Source of the DNA: Bacillota bacterium
Lineage (GTDB): Bacteria; Bacillota; Dethiobacteria; DTU022; UBA8154
Direction: 5' to 3'
NCBI GenBank assembly: GCA_012518675.1
Contig: JAAYRR010000115.1
Span: 7,866 to 71,865 of the forward strand
DNA length: 64,000 bases
Notes under the pieces: generated by a model
The model's input: only the letters and a program-made list of their open reading frames with translations
What the model was told of the DNA's origin: nothing
Databases searched by the model: none
Position numbers and translations under genes: made by a program
Part shown: one piece after another, positions 52,554 to 63,327 of the stretch
Layout of the letters: every line of letters starts with the position of its first letter
Numbering within the stretch: the first letter of the stretch is position 1

Positions 52554-53231
52554 ATGTTTAAGGATTTTTTTGATGATTTTTATGATCTGTTCTTTAATTC
52601 CTCCCGGGGCCTGTCCCGTGTAGCCCGTACAAGAAATATCTGGAACGGGCTGGCGGTTTACCTGCTGGTGAGTTTGATTGTATCCTTGGCTACCGTGAAC
52701 TTTAATTTGGGTTACAGGATGGAACAGGACCTGTTTTCAGTGCCGCCGGAAATCGTTCCTTTTTTTTCCCCGGAAATGGGGGCCGGGGTGTCCCGGTTTG
52801 TTCCCCTGGTTACGTTGTTAACACAGCTTGTTTTTGGGCCACTTTACTTTCTGTTGACGGTGGCGGTAAGAAACTTTACGGCAGAACTTTTAGGAGGGCG
52901 CAGCAACCCTGGCGGGTTGGGAGCAGTTTTGGGGTACGGGCAGTTACCCTATTTGGTGGTGGCCTTAGGCGGCCTGTTAAACCGTTATACCGCTTTTAAT
53001 ACGGTGGGCTTACTTACCCTTGCCGCCCTGCTCTGGTCTTTATGGCTAAAAATTGCCGGCCTGCGGATTGTGCATGAATTTACCTGGGGGCGGGCAGTGC
53101 TTTGTTATTTTATGCCCTTGTTGGCTGTTTTAACAGCATTTGTATTATTTCTTTTGTTGGCGGTGGTTTTTTTGTTTCCTGTGGCGCTGCAGTTTGTGGA
53201 AAAGGTGCCTGGGGCACCTGCTTTGTTTTAG
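52554..53231 (+). CDS. Yip1-domain membrane protein
   Basis: 225 aa, five predicted TM segments, Yip1-like; SD GGAGGGGGAG. Confidence 0.7.
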   Translation: MFKDFFDDFYDLFFNSSRGLSRVARTRNIWNGLAVYLLVSLIVSLATVNFNLGYRMEQDLFSVPPEIVPFFSPEMGAGVSRFVPLVTLLTQLVFGPLYFLLTVAVRNFTAELLGGRSNPGGLGAVLGYGQLPYLVVALGGLLNRYTAFNTVGLLTLAALLWSLWLKIAGLRIVHEFTWGRAVLCYFMPLLAVLTAFVLFLLLAVVFLFPVALQFVEKVPGAPALF

Positions 53232-53319
53232 GCAGGGCCGGGTTTCAACCAGGCGGCAAAGGAAAAGGTTTGTTTTCGTTTGGTAAAGGTTTTATTGCCG
53301 GGAGAAAGGAGAAGGAAAA

Positions 53320-54174
53320 ATGAATTTGGTAAGCTTAAGGGAAGTTCTGGAACCGGCTGCAGAGGGAGGTTATGCTGTAGGGGCCTTTAATGCCAACAAT
53401 ATGGAAATTGTGCAGGCCATCATCGAGGCTGCAGCAGAAGAGAACTCTCCGGTGATCGTGCAGGCCAGCCAGGGCGCGATTAGATATGCCGGGCTGGATT
53501 TTATTGTAGCCATGGTCAAAGCTGCGGCGGGGGGTGTAAAAATACCCGTAGTTTTGCATCTGGACCACGGGACTGACTATGAACAGGTGATTCGTTGTAT
53601 CCGTTATGGGTTTAGTTCGGTCATGTATGACGGTTCCCAGCTGCCCCTGGAGGAAAACATAGCTATGACCAGGCGGGTGGTGGAGATTGCCCGCGCCGTA
53701 GGCGTTTCGGTAGAAGGGGAATTGGGGAAAATAGGGGGCACCGAAGATGACGTTACCGTAGAAGAACGGGAGGCGCTTTTAACCGAACCGGCAGAAGCGG
53801 TGCGTTTTGTGCAAGAAACAGAGGTGGATGCACTTGCTGTCGCGGTGGGGACAGCTCACGGTCCTTATAAATTTGAACCCGCACTGGACTATCCCCGTTT
53901 GCAGCAGATTAAAGAACTGGTCAGTGCTTCGATCGTGCTCCACGGTTCCTCCGGGGTGCCGGATGAGGCGATCAAAAAGGCGGTGGCCTTGGGTGTGACC
54001 AAATTCAATATCGACACCCAGATCCGCCAGGCCTTTGTGCAGGCTGTTTCCGCCTACATGCAGGCCAACCCGGAAGATATTGATCCCCGTAAAATACTGG
54101 CTCCAGGGAAAGCAGCGGCCAAAGAGATCATCAAGGAAAAAATGCGCCTGTTCGGTTGTGCCGGTAAAGCATAA
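53320..54174 (+). CDS. fba: Class II fructose-bisphosphate aldolase
   Basis: AVGAFNANNMEI...LHLDHGT...HGSSG motifs. Confidence 0.93.
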   Translation: MNLVSLREVLEPAAEGGYAVGAFNANNMEIVQAIIEAAAEENSPVIVQASQGAIRYAGLDFIVAMVKAAAGGVKIPVVLHLDHGTDYEQVIRCIRYGFSSVMYDGSQLPLEENIAMTRRVVEIARAVGVSVEGELGKIGGTEDDVTVEEREALLTEPAEAVRFVQETEVDALAVAVGTAHGPYKFEPALDYPRLQQIKELVSASIVLHGSSGVPDEAIKKAVALGVTKFNIDTQIRQAFVQAVSAYMQANPEDIDPRKILAPGKAAAKEIIKEKMRLFGCAGKA

Positions 54175-54198
54175 AAGAAATTATTGGAGGAATATATA

Positions 54199-54855
54199 GT
54201 GCAGCTTTATCTTGATTCAGCTAACCTGCAGGAAATTACTACTGCGGTTTCCTGGGGAGTGATCGGCGGTTTGACGACCAATCCCACATTGGTGGCCCGG
54301 GAAACCGGTTCTTTCGAGGATTTAATCCGGCAAATCTGCCGGTTAGTGGGGGAAGAACGGCCGGTCAGCGTGGAGGTAATCGGAACCACCGCTGAAGCAA
54401 TGGAAAAAGAGGCGCGCCTGTTGGCGGAACTGGCGCCCAATGTTGTCATTAAAATTCCGATCGGCATTGAGGGCCTCAAAGCTGTACACAGGCTTAGTCA
54501 GGGCCCCAAAAAGATTGACTGTAACGTAACCCTAATTTTTTCTACAAACCAAGCCCTGCTTGCAGCAAGGGCCGGTGCGGCCTATGTCAGCCCCTTTGTC
54601 GGCCGGCTTGACGATATTGGCTGGGACGGTATGGGCCTGGTGCGGGAAATGGTTGAAATTTTAGGCAAACACCGGTTGGAAGCCCAGGTTATCGCCGCCA
54701 GCATCCGCCATCCCCGCCATGTGCACGAAGCTGCCTTGGCAGGGGCCCAGATTGCCACCATTCCTTTCAAGGTTTTGGAACAGATGACGCAGCACCCCCT
54801 AACGGATTTGGGAATAGAACGTTTTTTGGCGGACTGGAACCGTAAACAGGAATAG
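54199..54855 (+). CDS. tal: Transaldolase / fructose-6-phosphate aldolase family protein
   Basis: GTG after GGAGG; LYLDSANL...TTNP...KIP(Schiff-base Lys) motifs; ~218 aa TalC/Fsa-type. Confidence 0.9.
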   Translation: MQLYLDSANLQEITTAVSWGVIGGLTTNPTLVARETGSFEDLIRQICRLVGEERPVSVEVIGTTAEAMEKEARLLAELAPNVVIKIPIGIEGLKAVHRLSQGPKKIDCNVTLIFSTNQALLAARAGAAYVSPFVGRLDDIGWDGMGLVREMVEILGKHRLEAQVIAASIRHPRHVHEAALAGAQIATIPFKVLEQMTQHPLTDLGIERFLADWNRKQE

Positions 54856-54935
54856 GTCAAAAGTCGACAGGGATTTTTATTTACAAAGAAAAATATTGGT
54901 AGGAGGTCATTAAACAGGAGGAGGAACAAGGATTT

Positions 54936-55928
54936 ATGGAACGGGAACTGGCACTGGAATTTGTGCGTGTGACCGAGGCGGCTGCACTGGCAACAGGCAG
55001 GTTTATGGGGCGGGGGGATAAAATTGCGGCTGATAACGCTGCCGTGGAAGCAATGCGGATTGCGTTTGATACAGTGTATATCGACGGGGTAGTGGTGATT
55101 GGTGAAGGAGAAATGGACCATGCGCCAATGCTTTATATTGGCGAAAAAGTGGGTGCGGGGGTGCCCCCGCAGGTGGATGTGGCTGTCGATCCCTTAGAGG
55201 GTACAAACCTGATCGCCAACGGTTTACCCAACGCTCTTTCTGTTTTGGCAGTCGCACCGCGCAATTGTTTATTGCACGCCCCTGATATTTATATGAATAA
55301 AATTGCTGTGGGCCCGCAAGCCAAGGGTTACATTAACCTTGATGCTTCGGTTGAGGAAAACGTCCGCCAGGTGGCCAAAGCCTTGGGCAAGAAGGTTAAG
55401 GATATTGTGGCTATTATTCTGGACCGCCCCCGGCACAAGCATATTATTCAGGAGCTACGCCGCCTGGGGACACGGGTAAAACTGATCAGCGACGGCGATG
55501 TTTCGGCAGCCATTGCTACTGCTGTGGAATGGACGGGCGTGGACATCCTTTTCGGTGCCGGCGGCGCCCCGGAAGGGGTTTTGGCGGCGGCCGCATTGAA
55601 ATGCCTGGACGGGGAGCTGCAGGGAAGGCTCCTCCCGGAAAATGAAAAGGATCGGCAAAGGATTAAAGAAATGGGGATGGCTGATCCCGGGCAGTTGTTA
55701 AAGATGAAGGACCTTATTAAAGGAAATGACGTTATCTTTGCGGCAACCGGTATTACAGACGGGGATTTATTGCAGGGTGTAAGGTACAGCGGCAGCCGGG
55801 CCACTACCCATTCTGTGGTGATGCGCAGCATGACCGGCACGGTCCGCTTTATCCAGGCGACGCACTGCCTGGATATAAAGCCTCACTATGTCGCCCGCAA
55901 CAGTGTTGTCAACAATAGTGAGAATTAG
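54936..55928 (+). CDS. glpX: Fructose-1,6-bisphosphatase class II
   Basis: 330 aa GlpX family ([19 protein letters not shown]). Confidence 0.92.
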   Translation: MERELALEFVRVTEAAALATGRFMGRGDKIAADNAAVEAMRIAFDTVYIDGVVVIGEGEMDHAPMLYIGEKVGAGVPPQVDVAVDPLEGTNLIANGLPNALSVLAVAPRNCLLHAPDIYMNKIAVGPQAKGYINLDASVEENVRQVAKALGKKVKDIVAIILDRPRHKHIIQELRRLGTRVKLISDGDVSAAIATAVEWTGVDILFGAGGAPEGVLAAAALKCLDGELQGRLLPENEKDRQRIKEMGMADPGQLLKMKDLIKGNDVIFAATGITDGDLLQGVRYSGSRATTHSVVMRSMTGTVRFIQATHCLDIKPHYVARNSVVNNSEN

Positions 55929-56524
55929 CTGAAGGTGCCGTTCAAACCGGGCTGTACTACATAGGGGTGCCGGAAACGGACGGAGACCACTGAAAAACCG
56001 GCGTATTTTTACTGTTTGTTTTTAAAGTAATTTAGAAAAACACGCGGTTTTTTTCCATTGATGCAACGCCCTTAAATGTTATCCAAGTTGATAAAATGGG
56101 GTTTTTTAGTGATCTCGGACGATCCGGCCTGCTTTTCCGGATAGTTACTGACTGTCTTCCCTAAAATTTTGACTAAAAGGCCGGCATTTACTGCGGGTGG
56201 GCTTATAATTCGGGTTCAACCGGGGTATAGTATCGCCTGTCCGGGTTTGTGCCGGAGGCGTGCCTGTCTTCCGGTGGCTTGCAGCGCGGCAGCGGTTCCG
56301 GACAGTGTTAACACCCACAGCAAGATACCCTTCTGACTGACCCCGAGGCCCCGTTTCCGGGTGGCCGGCCCTTTGCAGCCCGACTAAAGGAATCTTGATG
56401 CTGACTGCTTTTTTCAACATCAGTGTAACCCCTTACGGTTAACTTTTAACCCCTATGAAACAATAATATGCTTATAAACTTAAAGAAAAGAAAAACAACA
56501 GGTTAGAAAGTGGGAGAATTGTTT

Positions 56525-57769
56525 ATGCGTTTAAGCGAAATGGAAACCATGAACCTGGATGAACTGCACAGTATAGCCCGGGAAAACGATATTAAAGGCA
56601 CCAGTACAATGAAAAAAAAGGAGCTGATGTTTGCCCTGCTTAAACAGGGGGCAGAAGCAGAAGGGCTTTCTTTTTCCCAGGGTGTTTTGGAAATTATGCC
56701 CGACGGTTACGGTTTTTTACGGCGGGTAAACTACCTGCCGCACGAAGATGACATCTATATTTCTGCCTCACAAATCCGGCGTTTCGGACTGCGGACAGGG
56801 GATTTAGTGGCCGGGAAGGTGCGCCCCCCCAAGGAAAACGAACGCTATTTTGCCCTGCTGCAGGTGAAGGCGGTAAACAATGAAGACCCTGAAAAGGCGG
56901 CAGATCGCCCTGTTTTTACCGAGCTGACGCCGATTCACCCGCATGAACAGCTGACCTTGGAAATAAACCCGGATGATTTTGCCACCAGGATTATTGACTT
57001 GCTGATCCCCGTGGGCAAAGGCCAGCGCGGGTTGATTGTTTCCCCCCCCAAGGCCGGCAAAACAATGCTCCTAAAAAAGATTGCCAACAGTTTGACAGAA
57101 AATTATACAGATTTGGCACTGATTGTCTTGCTAATTGATGAAAGACCGGAAGAAGTGACGGATATGCGCCGTTCGGTGCGGGGGGAGGTTTTAAGCTCCA
57201 CCTTTGACGAAAGGCCGGAAAACCACATCCGGCTGACTGAACTGGTTTTGGAAAGGGCGCAGCGGATGGTTGAACAGGGCCTGGATGTCGTCATTTTACT
57301 GGACAGCATTACGAGGATGACCCGTGCCTATAACTTGGTAATCCCCCCCAGCGGCAGGACGCTTTCCGGGGGCATCGATCCCGCAGCATTCTATAAACCC
57401 AAGCGTTTCTTTGGTGCTGCCCGCAAAATTGAAGAGGGGGGCAGCCTGACAATGCTGGCTACAGCCCTGATTGACACCGGCAGCCGGATGGATGATGTCA
57501 TCTACGAGGAATTTAAGGGTACCGGCAACTGGGAATTGCACTTGGATCGCAAACTGGCTGAACGGCGTCGTTTCCCGGCGATTGATATTACCCGCTCCGG
57601 GACCCGGCGGGAGGAGCTGCTGCTCGATGAGGCGACAATTGAGCTGATGTGGGCTTTAAGGCGGACGATGAATTCCACCTCCTCTACAGATTTTCTGGAG
57701 GCGATGATTGGGCGGCTTAAAAAAACAAAGAATAACGCTTCTTTCTTGGAAAATTTGCATAATTTATAA
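56525..57769 (+). CDS. rho: Transcription termination factor Rho
   Basis: N-terminal domain plus CSD-like RNA-binding and RecA-type ATPase ([15 protein letters not shown]). ATG after GGGAG; ~595-nt upstream leader. Confidence 0.96.
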   Translation: MRLSEMETMNLDELHSIARENDIKGTSTMKKKELMFALLKQGAEAEGLSFSQGVLEIMPDGYGFLRRVNYLPHEDDIYISASQIRRFGLRTGDLVAGKVRPPKENERYFALLQVKAVNNEDPEKAADRPVFTELTPIHPHEQLTLEINPDDFATRIIDLLIPVGKGQRGLIVSPPKAGKTMLLKKIANSLTENYTDLALIVLLIDERPEEVTDMRRSVRGEVLSSTFDERPENHIRLTELVLERAQRMVEQGLDVVILLDSITRMTRAYNLVIPPSGRTLSGGIDPAAFYKPKRFFGAARKIEEGGSLTMLATALIDTGSRMDDVIYEEFKGTGNWELHLDRKLAERRRFPAIDITRSGTRREELLLDEATIELMWALRRTMNSTSSTDFLEAMIGRLKKTKNNASFLENLHNL

Positions 57770-57919
57770 AAAGCCTCCTGTCCCCCGGTTTAAAAGTCTG
57801 CAGGCAGTATAAAATGCTACAAATTGGCTGTCTTTTCAACATTTTCAAGTAATTTTATGTATATTTATTTCTTGAAGGTAAAAAATAGTAGCATACCAAT
57901 TTATGGAGTGTGCGTCATG

Positions 57920-58939
57920 CTACATTTTTACCTTGGAGCCAAACGTTTGCTTTGTAATGTTAAAAAAATACTTTTTACAAGCAAAATCTTACCGGTTTGC
58001 TTAGCCTTGCTGTTTGCAGCAGGAACCGTTTTAAGCCTGTTTCCCGGCCGGGCGGGCGCCCGGAAACTGCCGCCAGGAACAGGACAGCCTTCCTATTTGA
58101 AACAGCTTAAAAAATACAGGGCCGGTATTGAACAGCACAAAAAAGAACAAGAAAAGATAAAGAGGAAAGAAACCTTAAGCAAAGCTATTCAACAACATAT
58201 TGTACAACCGGGGGAAACCCTGACACATATTGCCCGGGACTACCAGCTTGATCTGGAAGCGCTGATCTGTTGGAACGGGTTAACCGATCCCCATCTGATT
58301 TTCCCCGGGGAGGCCCTGGATCTTTTGTCGGTCGAGGGCTCAATGCATACTGTAAATCAGGGTGATACCGTGGAATCTATTGCTGAACTTTACCAAAGCG
58401 AGCCCCAGTTAATTACCGCTTTTAACCTGTTGGGAGAAGAAAGGAATTTAACCCCGGGCGAAAAATTAGTGATTCCCGGCGGGACGCTGCCTGCGGCAGA
58501 AAAAAAAGCGGTGCAGGCCGCCCTGTTAACTTCCCGCTATGGTCTGCGTGACAACCTGCCGGCAAGCCCGGCTTTTGACTGGCCTGTAAGCGGAAGGATC
58601 AGCTCTCCTTATGGCTGGCGCCAGGGCACCTTCCATTACGGCCTGGATATTGCTGTTCCCCACGGCAGTACAATCCGGGCTGCAGCGGCCGGTGTTGTAG
58701 CGGAAACAGGTACAAAACAAGGCTATGGGCTGATGTTGATCCTTGATCATCGCGATAACTGGAAAACGCTTTATGCCCATTGTTCGCGTTTGCTGGTACA
58801 GGAAAATGAAAAGGTATCCCAAGGACAGCCTGTAGCCCTGATCGGGGCCACCGGCAATGCTACCGGTCCCCACCTCCATCTGGAAATTCGCCATGGGAAA
58901 CAGCGCTTTGATCCACAACTTTATCTGCCGGGAACTTAG
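57920..58939 (+). CDS. Two-LysM-domain M23 metalloendopeptidase
   Basis: LysM x2 (QPGETLTHIARDY..., NQGDTVESIAELY...) and C-terminal M23 (HYGLDIAV...HLHLEIR). Confidence 0.85.
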   Translation, partial: LHFYLGAKRLLCNVKKILFTSKILPVCLALLFAAGTVLSLFPGRAGARKLPPGTGQPSYLKQLKKYRAGIEQHKKEQEKIKRKETLSKAIQQHIVQPGETLTHIARDYQLDLEALICWNGLTDPHLIFPGEALDLLSVEGSMHTVNQGDTVESIAELYQSEPQLITAFNLLGEERNLTPGEKLVIPGGTLPAAEKKAVQAALLTSRYGLRDNLPASPAFDWPVSGRISSPYGWRQGTFHYGLDIAVPHGSTIRAAAAGVVAETGTKQGYGLMLILDHRDNWKTLYAHCSRLLVQENEKVSQGQPVALIGATGNATGPHLHLEIRHGKQRFDPQLYLPGT

Positions 58940-59082
58940 GGTGAATATTTTTTTCAGGTAAAAGAAAAACGCGGCCTTGCCCTTGTCAAAGGCTGCTTTT
59001 TTATGTTAAAATTATGTTTGTGCTATAAATTCTTAGCCGGTTCTTCGACCGGCGGCCTGGAATTAGAAAAGAGGTGAACAGA

Positions 59083-59283
59083 GTGAAAAAAGGAATACAC
59101 CCTGAATATGTAAAGAGCACAATTACCTGTGCCTGCGGTTCAACCTATGAGGTGGCTTCCATCAAAAAGGAACTGCGGGTGGAGATCTGTTCCAACTGTC
59201 ATCCTTTTTTTACCGGTAAACAAAAATTTATTGATACCGGTGGCCGGGTGGAAAGGTTTAAACGTAAGTACGGCCTTGAATAA
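59083..59283 (+). CDS. rpmE: 50S ribosomal protein L31 (Zn-binding type)
   Basis: GTG after AGAGGTG; MKKGIHPEY...CACGS...CSNCHPF. Confidence 0.92.
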   Translation: MKKGIHPEYVKSTITCACGSTYEVASIKKELRVEICSNCHPFFTGKQKFIDTGGRVERFKRKYGLE

Positions 59284-59291
59284 GAGTACTG

Positions 59292-59325
59292 GCAGGGCTC
59301 CTCTTTTGCAGCCCTGTTTTCTTCT
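59292..59325 (+). terminator. Intrinsic terminator after rpmE
   Basis: CAGGGCT-cctcttttg-AGCCCTG followed by TTTTCTTC. Confidence 0.7.
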
Positions 59326-59326
59326 A

Positions 59327-59381
59327 TTAATTAATAAGACTAATTAATAAAACTGATTAATAAAAAAACTGATTAATAAAA
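59327..59381. repeat. AT-rich tandem repeat (~4 units of ~13-16 nt containing ATTAATAAAA)
   Basis: attaattaataag / ctaattaataaaa / ctgattaataaaaaaa / ctgattaataaaa. Confidence 0.6.
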
Positions 59382-59470
59382 CCTGCCTGTAACCCGGCAG
59401 GGGCTATTTTCCTGGCAGGGAAGCAGCATAAATAAGCTCTGTCAGCTCCAAAAAGGCGGTGGGTGGCAGG

Positions 59471-60379
59471 ATGTCCCGGGAAAAACTGAGCGTAGGCGGC
59501 CAAGCCGTAATTGAAGGGGTGATGATGCGTAATAAGTCCCTGATTGCTGTTGCTGTGCGGCAGGAAGGGGGGGGCATTAGCGTGCAGAAAAAAGTATTTC
59601 GCCCCCTGGGTGAACGCTGCCGCCTCTTAAAATGGCCCCTTTTTAGGGGAATGGCTGCCTTTATCGAGGCCCTGATTTTGGGGTTTCAGTCTCTTTCCCT
59701 CTCTGCCGAAGAGGCCCTGGGGGAAGCGGAGGAAGAGCTGCACGGGTGGGAACTGCCTTTGACGCTGGTAATTTCGTTAGCAGCGGGCATCGGTCTTTTT
59801 ATTCTTTTGCCAACAATTTTAATGGGTTTGCTGAAACAGTGGGTGGAAACGTCGCTGCTGCTTTATTTGGGGGAAGGCTTGCTACGCCTGTTTATTTTTC
59901 TCAGCTATATTTTTGCCATTTCGCGCTGGCGGGAGATCGAGCGTGTTTTTCAGTATCATGGGGCGGAGCATAGGGCGATTGCCTGTTTTGAAGCAGGCCG
60001 GCCGCTTACGGTGGAACATGCACGTTGCTTCAGCACGCTGCACCCGCGCTGTGGTACCAATTTTTTGTTGGTAGTGATGGTGATCAGCATCCTGCTCTTT
60101 TCATTTTTTGGTTGGCCTCCGGTGTGGCAGCGGATTTTAATCAGGCTTTTGCTTTTACCTTTAGTGGCCGGGCTTTCTTATGAAGTGATCAGGTTGGCCG
60201 GTGCCCGGGATAACCTGGTGACCAGAATTATTTCCCAGCCCGGCTTGTGGTTGCAGCTTTTGACAACAAAGGCACCGGCTGATGATCAGATGGAAGTGGC
60301 GATCTGTGCCCTGCAGGCTGTTTTGCCGGCAGCAGAAATCAAGGCCGGGGCTCTTTCGCCGCAGGGTGTTTCGATTTAA
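59471..60379 (+). CDS. DUF1385 (YqhQ-like) membrane protein
   Basis: GGQAVIEGVMMR N-terminus and HGAEH motif; conserved between rpmE and prfA in Clostridia. Confidence 0.8.
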   Translation: MSREKLSVGGQAVIEGVMMRNKSLIAVAVRQEGGGISVQKKVFRPLGERCRLLKWPLFRGMAAFIEALILGFQSLSLSAEEALGEAEEELHGWELPLTLVISLAAGIGLFILLPTILMGLLKQWVETSLLLYLGEGLLRLFIFLSYIFAISRWREIERVFQYHGAEHRAIACFEAGRPLTVEHARCFSTLHPRCGTNFLLVVMVISILLFSFFGWPPVWQRILIRLLLLPLVAGLSYEVIRLAGARDNLVTRIISQPGLWLQLLTTKAPADDQMEVAICALQAVLPAAEIKAGALSPQGVSI

Positions 60380-60468
60380 ATTAATGAACTGGGCAACCCG
60401 CTTGAAAGGAGGTTGCCTTTTACCGTTTGCCCCGCAAGGGGTTACGGTGATGGAGGTTATAAGGTCAA

Positions 60469-61536
60469 ATGTGGGAAAAGTTAAAAACCTTGGAGGATTA
60501 TTTTAATTCCTTGGAAACAAAACTCAGCGCCCCGGAAATAATCAAGGATCAGCAACAGTGGCAGAAACTTGCACGGGAACATGCCGGGCTGAGCGAACTG
60601 GTGGAAAACTATCGCCTTTGGCGTAAAATAAACGGGGAACTGCAGGACGCCCGGGAAATGTCTCAAGAAAAATTGGACGATGAAATGCTTGCGTTTCTAA
60701 GGGAAGAAATTGCCGGGCTGACCAAAAAGAAGGAAAAGCTGGAAGACAAATTAAAAATACTGTTGCTTCCCAAGGATCCCCATGATGAAAAAGATGTTAT
60801 TATTGAAATCCGTGCCGGGACGGGTGGTGAAGAGGCTGCTTTGTTTGCCGCGGATTTACTGCGCATGTACCTGCGTTTTGCAGAACGGCAAGGCTGGGGC
60901 ATGGAAGTGCTAAATTCCAGCCCGACGGATATCGGCGGGATGAAGGAGATCGTCTTTGCCATCAAGGGGCAAAACGCTTACAGCCGGTTAAAATTTGAAA
61001 AAGGGGTGCACCGTGTGCAGAGGATTCCCGTCACGGAATCGGGGGGCCGCATTCATACTTCGGCGGCTACGGTGGCCGTGCTGCCGGAGATCGATGAAGT
61101 CGAACTGAAAATTAACCCCCAGGATCTGCGCATCGACACTTTTTGTTCTACCGGGCCGGGCGGCCAAAGTGTAAATACCACACAATCTGCGGTCCGGATT
61201 ACGCATCTGCCCACCAATACAACTGTTTCCTGCCAGGATGAAAAATCGCAGCTAAAAAACCGTGAAAAAGCCATGCGTGTCTTAAGGGCACGCTTGATGG
61301 AAAAAATGGTTGCTGAACAGCAGGCCGAACAGGCTTTGGAAAGGCGCAGCCAGGTCGGTTCCGGTGATCGCAGCGAAAGAATCCGCACCTATAATTTTCC
61401 ACAAAACCGGGTTACCGACCATCGCATCGGCTTGACACTGCACAGGCTTGAACAGGTGTTGGATGGCGATTTAAATGACGTTATTGAAGCCCTAATCACT
61501 TACGAGCGGGCTGAACAGCTAAAGTATGCCACTTGA
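60469..61536 (+). CDS. prfA: Peptide chain release factor 1
   Basis: GGQ motif ([12 protein letters not shown]) and RF1-type P(V)T tripeptide region. Confidence 0.96.
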   Translation: MWEKLKTLEDYFNSLETKLSAPEIIKDQQQWQKLAREHAGLSELVENYRLWRKINGELQDAREMSQEKLDDEMLAFLREEIAGLTKKKEKLEDKLKILLLPKDPHDEKDVIIEIRAGTGGEEAALFAADLLRMYLRFAERQGWGMEVLNSSPTDIGGMKEIVFAIKGQNAYSRLKFEKGVHRVQRIPVTESGGRIHTSAATVAVLPEIDEVELKINPQDLRIDTFCSTGPGGQSVNTTQSAVRITHLPTNTTVSCQDEKSQLKNREKAMRVLRARLMEKMVAEQQAEQALERRSQVGSGDRSERIRTYNFPQNRVTDHRIGLTLHRLEQVLDGDLNDVIEALITYERAEQLKYAT

Positions 61537-61664
61537 AAGCATCCCGGGGCAGATCCTTTCCCGGGTTGTGTTTTTGGGTTGTATTATTTTAATGCGCCGG
61601 CCCGGTGCGGCGCATCTTTAACCGGCAGGGCAAGGTTTTATAAGACTCTTTGGGGGTAGACAGG

Positions 61665-62567
61665 ATGGGGATCTGCATTAAAAAGGCCTTGCAGGAGGCC
61701 GCTTCTTTTTTACGCCGGCGGGGAATTGCGGCGCCGCGCCGCGAAGCGGAAGTCATGTTGGCTTTTTTACTGGGGCAGGGGGCGGCTTACCTTTATGCCC
61801 ACGGCGAAAAAGAACTTTCCGGTGAACTGCGGGGCAAATATGCTGTTTTACTGCAGCGCCGGGGTGAAAATGTGCCCTTAGCCTACCTGACGGGGGAAAA
61901 AGAATTTATGGGCCTGCCCTTTAGGGTTCAAGCAGGCGTGCTTATCCCCCGTCCGGAAACAGAACACCTGGTGGAAACGGCCCTTCAATGGTGCCGAGAA
62001 ACTTTCCCGCAGGTGGCCCGGGGTCAGCAGTTGCATATACTTGACTTGGGGACAGGCTGTGGAAACATTGCCGTTTCTTTGGCTTATTTTTTACCCGCAG
62101 CGTCTGTTTTGGGGGTGGATTGCAGCGCAAAGGCGCTGGCTGTAGCACGGTTGAATGCGCAAAAGATGGGGGTGGCTCCCCGTGTCCATTTCTTTTGTGG
62201 CGCATTCGGGACTTTTTTTGCCTACAAAAGGCAGCGTTTTCATGTGGTTGTGGCCAACCCCCCGTACGTCCCCCGTCCGGAGCTGCCTGTTTTGCCTCCA
62301 GAGGTCCAAAAAGAGCCTTCTTTGGCTCTGGACGGAGGGGAGGACGGGTTGGCCGCTTACCGGCAGATTTTTTCCTGCATTCAGAAGTTTCTTTTCCCCG
62401 GGGGTTTGCTTGCCCTGGAGGTGGGGGCAAACCAGGCGGGCGCGGTGCTTTCCTTAGGGCGGGCAGCCGGCCTTACCGGAAAAACCGAAATTGTGCCCGA
62501 TTTGGCCGGACACGAACGGGTTGTAACTTTTCGTGCCGGTCAGGGCCGGCGGGCGGGGCACTTTTGA
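61665..62567 (+). CDS. prmC: Release factor glutamine N5-methyltransferase PrmC/HemK
   Basis: SAM motif LDLGTGCGNIA and NPPY (VVANPPYVP). Confidence 0.93.
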   Translation: MGICIKKALQEAASFLRRRGIAAPRREAEVMLAFLLGQGAAYLYAHGEKELSGELRGKYAVLLQRRGENVPLAYLTGEKEFMGLPFRVQAGVLIPRPETEHLVETALQWCRETFPQVARGQQLHILDLGTGCGNIAVSLAYFLPAASVLGVDCSAKALAVARLNAQKMGVAPRVHFFCGAFGTFFAYKRQRFHVVVANPPYVPRPELPVLPPEVQKEPSLALDGGEDGLAAYRQIFSCIQKFLFPGGLLALEVGANQAGAVLSLGRAAGLTGKTEIVPDLAGHERVVTFRAGQGRRAGHF

Positions 62568-62737
62568 TCGCTGTTTTCCGCTGTTTGCCCTGTGAAGGCA
62601 GGGTAACAGTGCAATTTTGTTTTAATGCCTAAAATTTATAGTTGGCGCTAGGAAGAAGTTTGGCGGCCGGCTATTGGCGGTGCGGGCCCTGACCGGCATA
62701 TTTAGAACCGGCAGGGCTTTGTTTGTAAGCCACATAT

Positions 62738-63157
62738 TTATTTCAGGTTTTCACCAGTGGAAGTAATCGTTAGCTGCCCATGTTTAACCCCTTTGATGCT
62801 AATCAGGCGTTCGGCTACTTCTCGGATTTCCTTGGTTGCCCCCTGAATAGCCAATACCTCCAGGCAGTTGTAATGATCAAGATGCAGATGCATTGTGGAC
62901 AGGATTAAATCATGGTAGTCATGTTGGACTTCTAAAAGCTGGTTACTCAGCCCCCGCACATGGTGGTCATAGATGAGTGTGATAGTGCCGGCCACCTTTG
63001 CCGCCCCTTGTTCCCATTCAGTTTCTACAAGTTGGTTACGAATTAAGTCCCGAATTGCTTCGGAACGGTTATTGTACCCTTTTTTCATAATTACCTTGTC
63101 AAATGTTTCCAACAGCCCTGCGCTGATGGAAACACCAAAGCGGACAAGTTCGCTCAT
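62738..63157 (-). CDS. nikR: NikR-family nickel-responsive regulator (RHH plus metal-binding domain)
   Basis: N-terminal ribbon-helix-helix ([15 protein letters not shown]); C-terminal HLHLDHYNC high-affinity Ni-site pattern; SD GGGGGG. Confidence 0.85.
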   Translation of the reverse strand: MSELVRFGVSISAGLLETFDKVIMKKGYNNRSEAIRDLIRNQLVETEWEQGAAKVAGTITLIYDHHVRGLSNQLLEVQHDYHDLILSTMHLHLDHYNCLEVLAIQGATKEIREVAERLISIKGVKHGQLTITSTGENLK

Positions 63158-63263
63158 TTTTGGCCCCCCATTTATTTTTCAGAATTTTACCTGCAGCATA
63201 CCTGCAGCCTACCAATGTTTTCAAACAGAACATCCACCCTTCAATTATAACATACTTTGCAAT

Positions 63264-63293
63264 GTCTAAAAAATGGAAATACAGTGCATACTA
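63264..63293 (+). promoter_or_regulatory. Candidate forespore-type (sigma-F/G) promoter upstream of sigG
   Basis: GTCTA, then 18 nt, then CATACTA. The -10 matches the sigma-G consensus CATnnTA; the -35 is only an approximate match. Confidence 0.35.
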
Positions 63294-63327
63294 GACAGTA
63301 GAAAGTACTTTAGTCCGGGGGGTTGGA

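Noticed and set aside
56145-56420. 91-aa minus-strand ORF in the rho leader
   Set aside because: Low-complexity, no SD, lies in the structured GC-rich leader; more likely RNA structure than protein.
55929-56524. Tested the rho-leader GC block (and the 27480-27830 island) as RNase P RNA, SRP RNA or tmRNA
   Set aside because: None of the invariant motifs were found on either strand: GGAAAGUCCGGGC and ACAGAACCCGGCUUA for RNase P; GUCCGGAAGGAAGCAGC for SRP; a 3' GGUUCGAAUCC T-arm for tmRNA.
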